Shown here: positions 52,511-63,411 of the stretch, piece by piece
Layout: each line of letters starts with the position of its first letter
Position numbering within the stretch: the first letter of the stretch is position 1
Source: Chara braunii
Lineage: Eukaryota; Plantae; Charophyceae
Direction: 5' to 3'
Assembly (NCBI GenBank): GCA_003427395.1
Contig: BFEA01000008.1
Coordinates: 3,982,919-4,046,918, forward strand
Length of the DNA: 64,000 bases
Notes under the pieces: model-generated
The model's input: only the letters and a program-made list of their open reading frames with translations
What the model was told of the DNA's origin: nothing
The model's database searches: none
Position numbers and translations under genes: made by a program

Positions 52511-52633
52511 GTCCTTCGGGACAATGCATCCATTACAATTGGAACGATACAGAGAAGATTAGCATGGCCCCTGGGCAAAGATGACACGCATACATCGAGA
52601 AATGGTCCAAAAAGAAAAAAAAGAAAAAAAAAA
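52511..52633 (+). pseudogene. U6: U6 snRNA retrocopy with A-tail and TSD
   Basis: GTCCTTCGGGAC..AATTGGAACGATACAGAGAAGATTAGCATGGCCCCTG..GATGACACGCA..ATCGAGAAATGGTCCAAA (plant-type U6 with ACAGAGA box). A-rich tail at 52609-52633. TSD GTCGAAAATG (52502-52511, 52636-52645). Confidence 0.92.
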
Positions 52634-53015
52634 GGGTCGAAAATGCCGGTTTTCGACATTGGTGTGGCGAGGCCCGAAATCACTCAACTACCTGAGCAGT
52701 CAGGATCAGGGCATCACCACACCACTCTCCAAAAGTGCAAACTGAGAATGAACTTCCCGCTAGAACATGGCGAGATGCGCCTGCCACATTTTGCAATGAT
52801 TTTTGTCTTTTCCACATTTCGAGAGAGGCGGGGCGAGGCGCGAGGTGGGGGCGGCGGTCGTCGCTACCTATCTACTTGCGCGGCCAGAAATGTGCCTGAA
52901 ATCTGTCTGTGGAGACCTCTCAGCCTTCCGGCTGCCTAATCTGACTGAGTACCGAGCCTCACAGGACGGATGTCTGGAAAACGGAAATGCTTCAATCATA
53001 GAAGCACCATTCTAA

Positions 53016-54367
53016 TGTCCAGTTGATGTAGCTCAGTGGTTAGAGCACGGGTTGGAAATCCGCATTGTGGTACGAGGTTGCGGGGTTCAAATCCGCAGCC
53101 TTGCGCATGGACACTGGCAGAGCGTTAGAATGACGCACTGCTGGACACACACCCCTTGGGATGACGCAGGTTAGCTATTTCTGCCTGCACACCACCCAAG
53201 GGTTGTTCATGGTGTTGTATGTTGGTCCTGGGTTTCACATGGGCTGCTTGGGGGTGTTGGGCTTGGGGGTTCTGTTGATCTCCCCAGTCTGATTACACGT
53301 TACAAGGTCACGGGTTCGAGCTTGGTTCGGACCTCGCAATGGGGGGTTCCTTGTCCAGCTTACCCCGTTCTCTCTTCGATATACACACATGATGCTGCCT
53401 ATACATCTTGATACATTGATTCACAGAGCACACACAGCCTTCGGGCATATATACACAGCTTGCGAATTATACATGGCCTACGGGCAACATACACAAGCTT
53501 CCACATATGGTACATCTTCATACATAGATACACAAAGCATATATAGCCTTCGGGGTACACACACATAGATCATTGCGAACTATACAACTATCAGACTGGG
53601 GGGGTCTAGTCACTGGTGGGGTCTAGTATTGGCAGTAGGGACAGGTATGGGCCACCGGAGTTCCTATTGATATTCGAATAGAACTGTCTAGTGACTATAT
53701 ATAAGGCTTAGATCCTGGGGTAAGGGTAGGGGTATAAGTCGCTCAGGCCAGTCCGAGTTCCGACTGGCCTTGGGTAAGCTAGGGGAAGGACGGTAAGACT
53801 GCTTCAATGGGTGCTACCCTGTCTGAATCCTAGGGCCCAGAGTCTCTTGCGGCCTGTAGTAGATTGTCTGGGCCTGGCGTCCGAAGTTCCCGTTCAACAA
53901 GGCTCGTCCGATTCTGCTTCCACCAGGGCTGGGCAACCTATCAGCCCTGATGCCTATCACTGCTGTTTGGTTCAAGTTACCTGCCCATTGGTAGGGTAAT
54001 GGTCCTGAGTGCTGGTCACACTAAGGTAGTGCAGGGGGCCTCCATCTGGCGTGGGCCTATTTGGCTATTTGCCAGTTCGGCCTGTGGGACCAGGCCATGG
54101 CCTGACCCCACAGGCCGTGTGCTGTTCCAGTCCTGCGCGGTACCACTGTCGGTACTAGGCCAGTCCAGTCCAGTCAGTCAGTCCGCTGGGGGTATACCCC
54201 AGCTGTTGTCTGTTTTCGTCATTCATCACTTTTGGCAGTTGTTGGCGTACGTGCGGTGTTGAGTCTGCGTCGGAGCTGCGCTGTCCAATCCAGCTCCATC
54301 TCCACTTCCTTCTTCCTCTACCCCTTCGTCTCCATCCTGTCGGACCGCCATCCCGGCGGGTCCGACA
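53016..54367 (+). repeat. Putative 5' LTR (~1.35 kb)
   Basis: TGTC...GACA termini; the right end lies 3 nt before the PBS. TATATATAA at 53696-53704. The left boundary is inferred, since there is no second LTR in the window. Confidence 0.6.
53022..53107 (+). promoter_or_regulatory. tRNA-derived segment with Pol III A and B boxes (not an intact tRNA)
   Basis: A box TAGCTCAGTGG (53029-53039) in D-arm GCTC/GAGC. Anticodon-like arm CGGG-TTGGAAA-TCCG. B box GGTTCAAATCC (53084-53094). Acceptor stem does not pair. Confidence 0.75.
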
Positions 54368-54370
54368 CAC

Positions 54371-54382
54371 TGGTATCAGAGC
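54371..54382 (+). promoter_or_regulatory. Primer-binding site for tRNA-iMet
   Basis: TGGTATCAGAGC, the canonical plant iMet PBS. Confidence 0.9.
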
Positions 54383-56182
54383 GGGAACGGTCCCTGCTCC
54401 AACCCGCCCTCCCTCCCGCACGTAACAGCGGGAATCGGTGTAATCCCATTAGCGGGATTTCAGGGGTTTGGGGGATGAAAACAGCAAAAAACGACGGAAA
54501 GAACAGCCGCGTGTGGAGAGATGGACACATGGCGAAAAGGAGGGGATCATCACGACGCGTGGCCAAGGCCGCTGCACGCGCCCAAGGCCCCACGCTGCCC
54601 CGCCCCCCTCCCGAATATATATTATCAAGGTCCGAGATGCTGCGAGTACCAAGGTTTGAACCTGGGCAGCTGACACTCATGCGCGTGCATAGCCAATGCC
54701 TTAACACACTGGCCAAAACCACAATCTAAGTTGAGATTGTGGCACGTTGTTATTGAAGAAGTGCCACGGCAGCTATTTACACCCCTCCCCCTTCCCCGTC
54801 AGCGAGCGCCAAGGCAGCTATTTGCCCGCCGCCCCCCCCCCCCCAAGGCGAGCGTGTGACGAACCACTTCACGAACCTGTGCTATCTAAGGTACCCTTTC
54901 TTTTGCTTGTATCATACCAACCCCAAGAAAAACCCCGTTTTGATTTCTTGCTTTCGGGTGCTGCATTTCCATTTTTGAGAGCTTTTTCGACTGCTGAGTT
55001 CTGTTTTTTTTTTTGTAAAAGCGGAAATACATGGGAATTTGTGCGCGCCTTAGCGAGCGCGCTGGGAATTGGGCTCGATAGTTGGGAATTTCGGGATAAG
55101 CGGAACTTCGACGTGTCCTTTTTGGGTGTGTGAGTGTTCTTGGGCGCGTCGGGAAAAATCTCGGAATTTTGCATGAATACGAATAGGCATAGGATTTTCT
55201 TTCCCGTGTCGCTTTTTCGTGCGCGGCTATGGTGATTTCAATTTTGAATTAGGAGAGAAGCAAGCCGTAACTGTTTCGGTGCCTTTTTCTTTCTTCTTTT
55301 GTTGATGGCGAAACGCATGCAGAGGCTTTCTCCTCTCTTTCCCCCGCATCGCTCCCTCCCGCGCTCCCTCTCCTTCTCCCTCCTCTTTCTCTCTCCCCGT
55401 AACTGTTTCTTCCTCTCTCCCCTCCCCCGTCTTGCTGTTTGCGCGTCCATTTCCCTTTCTTGATCGTCTGAATCTTGGACCCGTCTTGCGCCACCTCTTG
55501 CACCTTTTTCTCTTCTCACCCTATAAGTCTGGCGTACGACGCCTGGTCGATCCCCCGATAACTCCCGCTCGCCAATCAGGTGCGTGGATCGATAGGACCT
55601 TCCTATCGCGCGTTGAATCTGATTGGTTGAACCTTGAGTTCCGAGGGATCAACATGGCGTTCTCGGAGCGCTCTTCTCAAAGTCTTCTCCTCCTTCTCCT
55701 CCTACACCCCCGCCTTCCCATCGTTCTCTCCCCCTTCTATCTCCTCTATCGCAACTATAAAACCCGCAAGCGCGCCCGCAAAGCTATCTTACGTTCTCAA
55801 CTCTCAAGCCAGCTTCCGGGAAGCAGTGGCTAGGCAGAGTGTTTGAAGCGATTCGGAAAGTCCTGTCGGGCTGACGATAGATTGGCCGGTTGCGCGCTGG
55901 ATCGCCACGACGGACTGTGGGATCTGGGTGAACCGTGTCGAGTCTGCAACAACGGGGTGACGATCGCAGTGGTGGGAGTAGCACGCGACGGCCGGGATCG
56001 TCAGTGCGGATATGAGGTTCGATGATTGGAGTTGAGTGAGTGATTGGCCCGGGGCCATAGTGGAATTAATGGCGAATGCGCCTTAGTTGTGGATTGTTAT
56101 CTTTGGCGTGAGTGTACGACAATGACGCCGAACTTTTCTCTTCCTGGATCTTGTCATCTTCTATTTTGGACTTTCTTTCCCT

Positions 56183-56234
<52 letters not shown>

Positions 56235-56423
56235 NNNNNNNNNNNNNNNNNNNNNNNNNNNNNNNNNNNNNNNNNNNNNNNNNNNNNNNNNNNNNNNNNN
56301 NNNNNNNNNNNNNNNNNNNNNNNNNNNNNNNNNNNNNNNNNNNNNNNNNNNNNNNNNNNNNNNNNNNNNNNNNNNNNNNNNNNNNNNNNNNNNNNNNNNN
56401 NNNNNNNNNNNNNNNNNNNNNNN

Positions 56424-56491
<68 letters not shown>

Positions 56492-56531
56492 AAGCGAGCA
56501 TTCTTGGCCCGATTCGATACGTTTAGTGAAG

Positions 56532-58508
56532 ATGCCGCCTGGTACGTGCTCAAAAATTGACCCCAAGGACCAGGGGAACTGTTACCCGATTTCGTTGATC
56601 GATTTCAAACTACATTGGATAAATCCGGGTGAGACGAGAATTCCGCTCGAGACTTGTTTATTGATCAGCTTCAAAGTCGGACCTTGAAAGGGAAACTGCA
56701 GAAAAAGGTTCCGCCGAAAACAACCCAGTTATCGGCTATCATCACCAAAGCATTGGAGCTAGATTTGGCTGATACAAAAAAATATATCAGCCAGGGAGAC
56801 GAGGATATTACAGATACCATACGGGATGTAACGGCCAAAAGGCGATCATGGCTACAGGCGGTCGAACGGTTCTATCCCCGCCCCGACCATGACCTTCCCG
56901 ACGGAATTGTCTCTGATATCCTGGCTGATTCTCCTCCCTCTCCCCCCGGTGAATCAATCAATCGCAGTCGTTAGAAGCGGAACCTCATCCGAACCCCCCT
57001 CGCTAACCATAACCAATTTGCATCTTGCCCAGATGATCCATACGGCCACTACTAAGCAGTCCGAATGGATGAGCAACTTGATCCAATTGCAGGCAGCGCA
57101 CATGGAGCGAATGGAACAAATATTGAGTAAGCTCATTAAGCCAGCTCCTGCCCAGCCTGCCCCTGCATCATTTCCGCTCTTACCTGTTCCGCCTGCTCCA
57201 AGATTTACCCCTCAGTTTCCCCCTCTAGCTAATCCGGTTGGAGAAATCGAGTGTTTTAACTGCAAACAGCTCGGGCACTTCGCCCGTGACTGTCCGCAGC
57301 CGAAACGTAGTCAGCCTCCCCCTGCTGCGGCCCCTGTCGCCCTTAACCAAGGACGAGTGGCCGCTCTGATGGATACGGATCAAATAAGAGAACTCGTGGC
57401 ATACGCCCTGGAGCAGCCTTCCCCTTCGACGACAATGGCGTCGACATCAGGAGTTTCTTCCTCTGACGCTGCTGACATGGTCGATCCCCTCGAGTATCTC
57501 CATCTTGCCAGAATGATCGGGGCGATCCGGTCGGCCCAAGATGATATCGAATGGGTCGATCGCGAGTCCAATCCTGGACCACAGTTTCGGACAGGGGATA
57601 TCGATGTACCGAAAACGCTCAAGCAATTAGATATTCGCATTCTTATCCCAGTAAGACATCTGCTCACCATATCTGAAGCAGCGAACGATAAACTTTTACA
57701 ACACTGCCAGAAAAATCAAAAGCGCTTCACCTATCAGCGCATACAACGGATGATGAAGAAGAAGGAGGAAGGTGAGAAAGTTGCGCCTCCTGAGCCAGAC
57801 TCAAAAGAACCTGAACCCGAAGCCGCACGTATAGCAGCAATCTCGTTAGTAGAAAAGGACCACTTCATAGGATATCGACCGGTACTATGGAAAAGTGCGG
57901 AATGTGACTGTGAAGTTTGGGGTAAGCCGTTTAACGCCCTTATTGACACAGAATTTTCTGCAGTGGCCATATCGTTAGATACTGTCAAAAAGACGAGACG
58001 ACTTGGATCCATTCTTCCTCAATCTAGCAAAGACAACTATGTCTCTGCCGGCGAGGAAGCAATGGACATCGTAGGCGTTATCGAGAACGCAGCTGTAAAA
58101 GTGGGACGAGTACACGTCCTTGTTAACGCACTTGTAATAGATGTACATTTCTACTCTTTATTGTTGGGATTGCCTTGGGCAATGGCGGTGGGCGCACGCC
58201 TGCATTTCGATTCGAAGCAACTGGTGCTCACACAAACTGGAGGAAAGCCTCTGACTGTTCCTTTGCGGGTTTCCACCCGAACGATAAAACGAGTCCCTAA
58301 CTCGCTCCAAATAAGGATGATCCGATACATTGATCACGAGGAATGCTCCCCCTCGCGCCTCAGGGATGGAATCAGGGAGCGAGAATACGAAGAAGAGATG
58401 CCCAGTAAAGAGAAATGGAAACATCTGGTTGAACTTTTCGAACATGAAACCTCTAAAGAATTTCGAGTGTGCCCCGACACCGCTCGGAGCTTCCACGTGG
58501 ATTCCTAA
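56532..58508 (+). pseudogene. gag: gag (CCHC nucleocapsid) and aspartic protease, frameshifted
   Basis: CFNCKQLGHFARDC knuckle. ALIDTEFS (decayed DTG) and LLLGLPW protease motifs. Frameshifts near 56655 and 56950. Confidence 0.85.
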
Positions 58509-58975
58509 GACAGTGCATTCACACCTGTAACAGCCCAGGTCAGTCTTTCAGTCCTCCTCGGGGAACCTATGTTACAAGTCTCCGATCTGGCTGATGATTT
58601 GGAACCCCTTTGCACCTTGTACGAGGGAGCTCTTTCCTTACGAACGCGCTATCAGCAAACGAAACAGTATTTGGATGTCTCTGCTTTTTTGCCCAGATCG
58701 TTATTAACGACAGGATCCACCATTGCCTTGATTAAACAAGAGGCGGAAGCACCGGTAAGTGAAATACCTAATATTATGCAAGAAATTACGGATCTAACCG
58801 GGCTAACTGTGAAACCGGCCTCGAACGGTTCAGAAACCGACGCTGAAACTAAAAAAACGTAGATGATCAGCCCCGCTGAGTCCCAGATGATAGCAACTGT
58901 CTTCTCTGTTCGCACCAGTAATTCTTTTTTTTTTGTGTCCATAATCGACGGGAACGGTCGGTTGATTGGATCGAT

Positions 58976-60540
58976 ATGCCCCTTAAGATTTTCAAGGAAT
59001 CAACAATCCCCCTCCCGAATAACGTTCTCGCGGAACTCCGAAAGTCATTAATCTGTGTGTTAAATGGTTACTCAGAAGTGTTAAGCGTGCATGATAATGA
59101 TATCGGCTTAACTAATGTAATTGAGCATGCCATCCTCACAGGAGATCATCCGCGTATTAGTTGCGCTCCCTATTGATACTCGCCAGCTCAACGAGCGGCC
59201 GCTTTTCGGCGGATTGAGGAGTTCAAAGCTAATGGATGGATTGACCTGCTCTAGGTCCATGGTCTTTCCCTGTAGTGATCGTACCTAAGAAGGCTGGAGG
59301 GATTCGCATTTGCATTGATTATCGAAAGTTGAATGATATCACGATCGAAGATGTGTATCCCCTCCCCCGGATTGATGAGTTGTTAGATGCGATTGGGAGC
59401 GACCGATTTTTCAGCAAGTTTGATGTTCGCCATGGGTTTCATCATCTTCTTGTTCGAGAAGAAGATCGTCTGAAAACGGCGTTTGTGCTTTTCGAAGGTA
59501 CATGGCAGTGGATTCGATGTCCGACGGGTATCTGCAACGCCCCTGCGACTTTCCAGCGGGCCATGAACATGGTTTTTCATAACTTTGTACGAAAAACTTG
59601 TTTGGCGCAGAGCATCATCAACTACTGCGTGATTGTATACATGGATCACATATTGGTATATTCAAGTTCCTACGAGGGACACGTGCAGCACATCGAATGG
59701 GCACTGCATGCGTTGCGAGATGCAGGTTTCAAGGTGGCACTTGAGAAGTGCCAGTTTTTCCTCACCACCATTTCTATCCTGGGGCACGTGGTGACATACA
59801 AGGGACTCCAACCGGAGCTGCAGAAGGTGGCAGTTGTCAAGGACGCGCCCGTACCTACCACCATCACGCAAGTTCGCGCCTTTCTGGGCCTAGCCTCGTA
59901 TTACCGAAGATTTATCAAGGGCTTCGCGGCGACTGCGGGACCCCTCACAAATCTTCTGCACAAGGATCAACCGTTGATTTGGACGCCGGAGTGCGATCAA
60001 GCATTTTTCAAACTCAAGGCTGCTCTCATTTCGGCTCCGGTCCTTATAAGACCGGATCCTGAAAAACCTTTTGTTCTCATCACTGACTGGCAGCCAGAGG
60101 CGATTTCGGCGAGTCTTGCCCAGGTGGGACCGAACGGACTCGAGAGTGTGGTGGAGTATGCGTCCAAATCAGTGCCCGCCTGCAAGCGCAATTACGCTGC
60201 TCCAACGGGTGAATGCTCTGCGGCTCTCTAGGGGATCCGTCACTTTCGTGCTTACCTGTACGGGCGAAAATTCACCCTGGTGACTGATCATGAGCCCCTG
60301 TTGGCTCTGAAGAAGTCGAAGGATTACTCGGGCATGATCGGGCGATGGGCAACGGTGTTGTAGAGCATGGACTTTGACATCCGCCATCGGAAGCACGAGA
60401 GACAAGGGAATGCGGACGGACTGACACGACTACACCGGCCTGAGAAAGTTCCGAAGAATGAGGAGGTGATTCCGTGGAACGAACCCGAACAGGAAATTGG
60501 ACCTCGGTACGGCCAAGTGGAGATCTTATCGAAGCAGTAA
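58976..60540 (+). pseudogene. pol: pol: reverse transcriptase and RNase H, with in-frame stops
   Basis: RICIDYRKLN, YPLPRIDELL, KTAF, GICNAPATFQRAM, YMDH (decayed YMDD), RAFLGLASYYRRFI, LITDW, TDHEPL, NADGLTR. Confidence 0.92.
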
Positions 60541-62312
60541 GTGGCACAAGGAGTAATTGTTCTGTCCTACCCTCCCTGCATCCTCTCCTCCTCTGACATC
60601 ATGGCTACTCCATTCGCCTCCGCAACCCCTTCATCTCCTACTAATTCTGCCCCTCTCACGTCCTCCGCTTTCTTTGCCACCCTCCCCGATAAATTCTGTT
60701 ATTTTTGCACGTGTATTGCACGGGTTTACGGGGTCGACTGTTATGCCTTCGAGAACGGATTTGTCGATTGGGTGGAACGTGCCACGTGTGTCAATCGTGC
60801 GCACGGAGCCTGCGTTCGATATCGAACGAGTAGCAAGGAATGGAGGTGCCCTCTGTGTAGAATGAACAAAGTCCCCACGGAGGTTCAATTTGAGGCCGCC
60901 CGTACGGACGGTCCTCAATACGATGAAAAATACCGACGCGCGGAAGTCTGGACAAATAAAATTTTATTTGCGAAATTAGCAGGATTATCATTGGGCCACC
61001 TCACCAAACACGACAGACGTAGGGCGACTGCGAGATCTCGGGACTATCGATGGATCAACGGTCATTTGGAAAAACATAAAACTGATGGATCGGGTCTGTG
61101 GCTGACAGTTCCCCATCCCTTCCAGAGATACGATTGGATCCGATCTGCTCACGAGGAACAGGCCGCTCATTTCGCGATACGTGTCATGGAGGCAACTGTA
61201 GATCGGTTCTGGTCCAATAAACGAGATGATGTCAAATACATTGTCGCTAACTGTCTGGTCTGTGCCGCTGATCGCGCCCCTATACGGGGACCAAACACAA
61301 TCGTAGCAACGGAAGTTGAGCGTCATTTTCAGCGAGTCAGTATGGACACGACAGATATTGACGTGCCACCTGGCCCAAACCGTTGTGAATATTCTATTTT
61401 ATTAGTATTAATCGACCACTTTTCCAAGTATATCGAAGTCTATCCATGTAAGACCCGAAAGGCCGCAGAAATAGCCACGTACATCGAACAGTTCCTCTAT
61501 ACCCATCTAGACACGGAAGAAATTCTAACCGACAATGGATCTGAATTTAAAGGTGAGGTAGAAGAATTACTTGCGCGAAGTGGCGTCACGCTCCGACATA
61601 CGGCACCCCACATGTCCCAATCGAAGGGATTGGCCGAGAATGCCAACCGTATGATTAAAACCACCCTTCGCAGGAACTTAGCGGCACACGACATGCGTCC
61701 TTGGCCCGAGATCCTATATCAGATCATCGGCATCCACCGGGCCACCCCTCACGAGTCTACGGGGTTCACCCCCTTTCAACTTCGAACTAATAGCCTCCCC
61801 TCTGTCGATTATCGGGGTAACTCGAAAATTGTCGAAGCAGGGGGTAGAGACACGCGTGCGGCCCTCAAGGCCAAGGCCAAAAGGTACACCGATTTGATGG
61901 AATGGGCCGTCCAGAAGCTCGCCCGAAAAGGACAAAGGATGACCGAGCTGGCCCACGGTAGACAGGTCCGTAGCTACGAGGCCCGGAATGGAAACGCTGA
62001 GCCCCAGACCAATATAAATTAGGGGACCTAGTGCAGGTACGTAAATGTGCACGCGACTGGAAACTCACTCCCAAGTACTCTGGTTGTTTTCGCGTTGTCG
62101 AACTAGGACCCAACGGCGCTAACACGGTGCGCGTCGCGCCTGAGACTAGCGCCAGCCATAGCTCTCTCCCCATCGTCCGGCATACCTCCTACCTCTGTCT
62201 TCTTCCTCCTTCCGATCGTCCTCCCTTGTCTTCCTCGGAAAGCAAGGAGAACGACGACGATCTAACTTTCTCCCATCTCTCTCCCTCTTCCTCCTCTCCG
62301 ACCTCACCATGA
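60541..62312 (+). pseudogene. Integrase with N-terminal PHD-finger-like domain; GPY/F tail frameshifted near 62005
   Basis: H..H..CLVC zinc motif. SMDTTD / LTDNGSEF / GLAENAN catalytic core. YKLGDLVQV..KLTPKYSGCFRV tail. CYFC..RATC....HGAC..WRCPLC at 60697-60858. Confidence 0.88.
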
Positions 62313-62764
62313 GTTTTATCACAGAGCGGGTTCTTGACATTCAGCTATTGCAGCCACGTGGCCACATCTCAGAGATTCGACAAGTTTGTCACCCTCGGCT
62401 TAATACGGATCTTCGGCGTTTAATGCGATTCTTCTGCGACGAAGGTATCTGTGCCGCCGCCACGTTTCGAATCGAAGGAAGTCCTCGCGCAATAGTATTC
62501 GCAAAGGTTACCGCAGTTCATCGGCGAGCGGGTCCCAGAAAGAGCCACGTCACCACAGTGGCGGGATTCACTGGCGACATCAGCTCAGTCAATCCGCTGC
62601 GGCATACCGCGATCTTGGCCTCACTGCGCGAGTGGACGGAGCAAGTGTCCAACGTGTGGCAGCACGTCCTCGCTCGGGAGGAGTATAACATCATCCCGAT
62701 CTTTGCATCGGACCTTGACGACATTCGCCGAGTACTGGACCTACGTCGACTTATTCTGCCGTAG
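62309..62764 (+). CDS. 151-aa orphan ORF downstream of integrase, function unknown
   Basis: Uninterrupted ATG-to-stop ORF with globular-looking composition. Its ATG overlaps the integrase-tail stop (ATGA). Confidence 0.5.
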   Translation: MSFITERVLDIQLLQPRGHISEIRQVCHPRLNTDLRRLMRFFCDEGICAAATFRIEGSPRAIVFAKVTAVHRRAGPRKSHVTTVAGFTGDISSVNPLRHTAILASLREWTEQVSNVWQHVLAREEYNIIPIFASDLDDIRRVLDLRRLILP

Positions 62765-62803
62765 CGCAGTCCCCTGCTTCCCGTTCCCCTCGCCGCCAAA
62801 ACG

Positions 62804-63411
62804 TTGGCGCACTACTCATCCGCTTGTCGGACATTCCCTTGTATGACGGTACAGGCATACGAGTGTCTAGGTGGCTGCAGTCTGCCACCCGCACGCTCCA
62901 GCTCATCAGTGCCACACCCGACACGTGGGTGGGTCACCTCTCCACGCGCCTGCGTGGTGCTCCTTTCGACGCCTGGGAGGATTTCTATGCTTACTCCTTG
63001 CGTGAGGGTCGGACTCCGACCTTCATGGATTTCCAGGCGTTCCTCGAGGATCGCTTCGGAACCTGATATGACGTGACTGACGCCTTCGAGCGTGTTGTCA
63101 CTACACGCTCGTCCGACTCTGGTGGTGCTGCCGGCCTGGATCGACACATCCAGGTCTTTCAGGACGCCCGCCTCGTTTGTGACGTGGCGTTCCTCCCCGA
63201 GGCTGCCCTGATCGATCGTTTCCTAGCCAGCCTTCCGCTCGAGTACCGCTCCGAACTATGGCGGTACGAGTTCACATCGGCCCCACAGGCTTACAAGGCC
63301 GCCAGGGACCATCAGCGGATGCGAGCCCGTCTCCACCCCGCCTCCTCCTCCCAGCCCCAGCGCACCCTGGCTTCCCATCTTACGGATCTAGCTCCGACTT
63401 CCCCACCTTAG
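62804..63411 (+). pseudogene. Second, stand-alone retrotransposon capsid (Gag CA)-like ORF with one in-frame stop
   Basis: IPLYDG..VSRWL..RLRGAPFDAW..TFMDFQAFLEDRF* then LDRHIQVFQ..EAALIDRFLASLP..SAPQAYKAAR. ORFs 62824-63066 and 63073-63411 are in the same frame. Confidence 0.65.

Larger units (their letters stand above)
50746..52675. mobile_element. Harbinger-like MITE(s) hosting nested insertions
   Basis: Left TIR-like ends at 50746 (after TAA) and 50784 (after GAA). Right TIR ends at 52675, followed by GAA. Body is colinear with 48483-49330 once inserts are removed. Confidence 0.7.

Noticed and set aside
52511-52610. Functional U6 gene
   Set aside because: It has an A-tail and TSD instead of a T-terminator, substitutions in the internal stem-loop region, and is embedded in a MITE.
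53022-53107. Functional tRNA-Ser(GGA) gene
   Set aside because: The acceptor stem cannot pair, the anticodon stem has only 4 bp, and there is no downstream T-run terminator.
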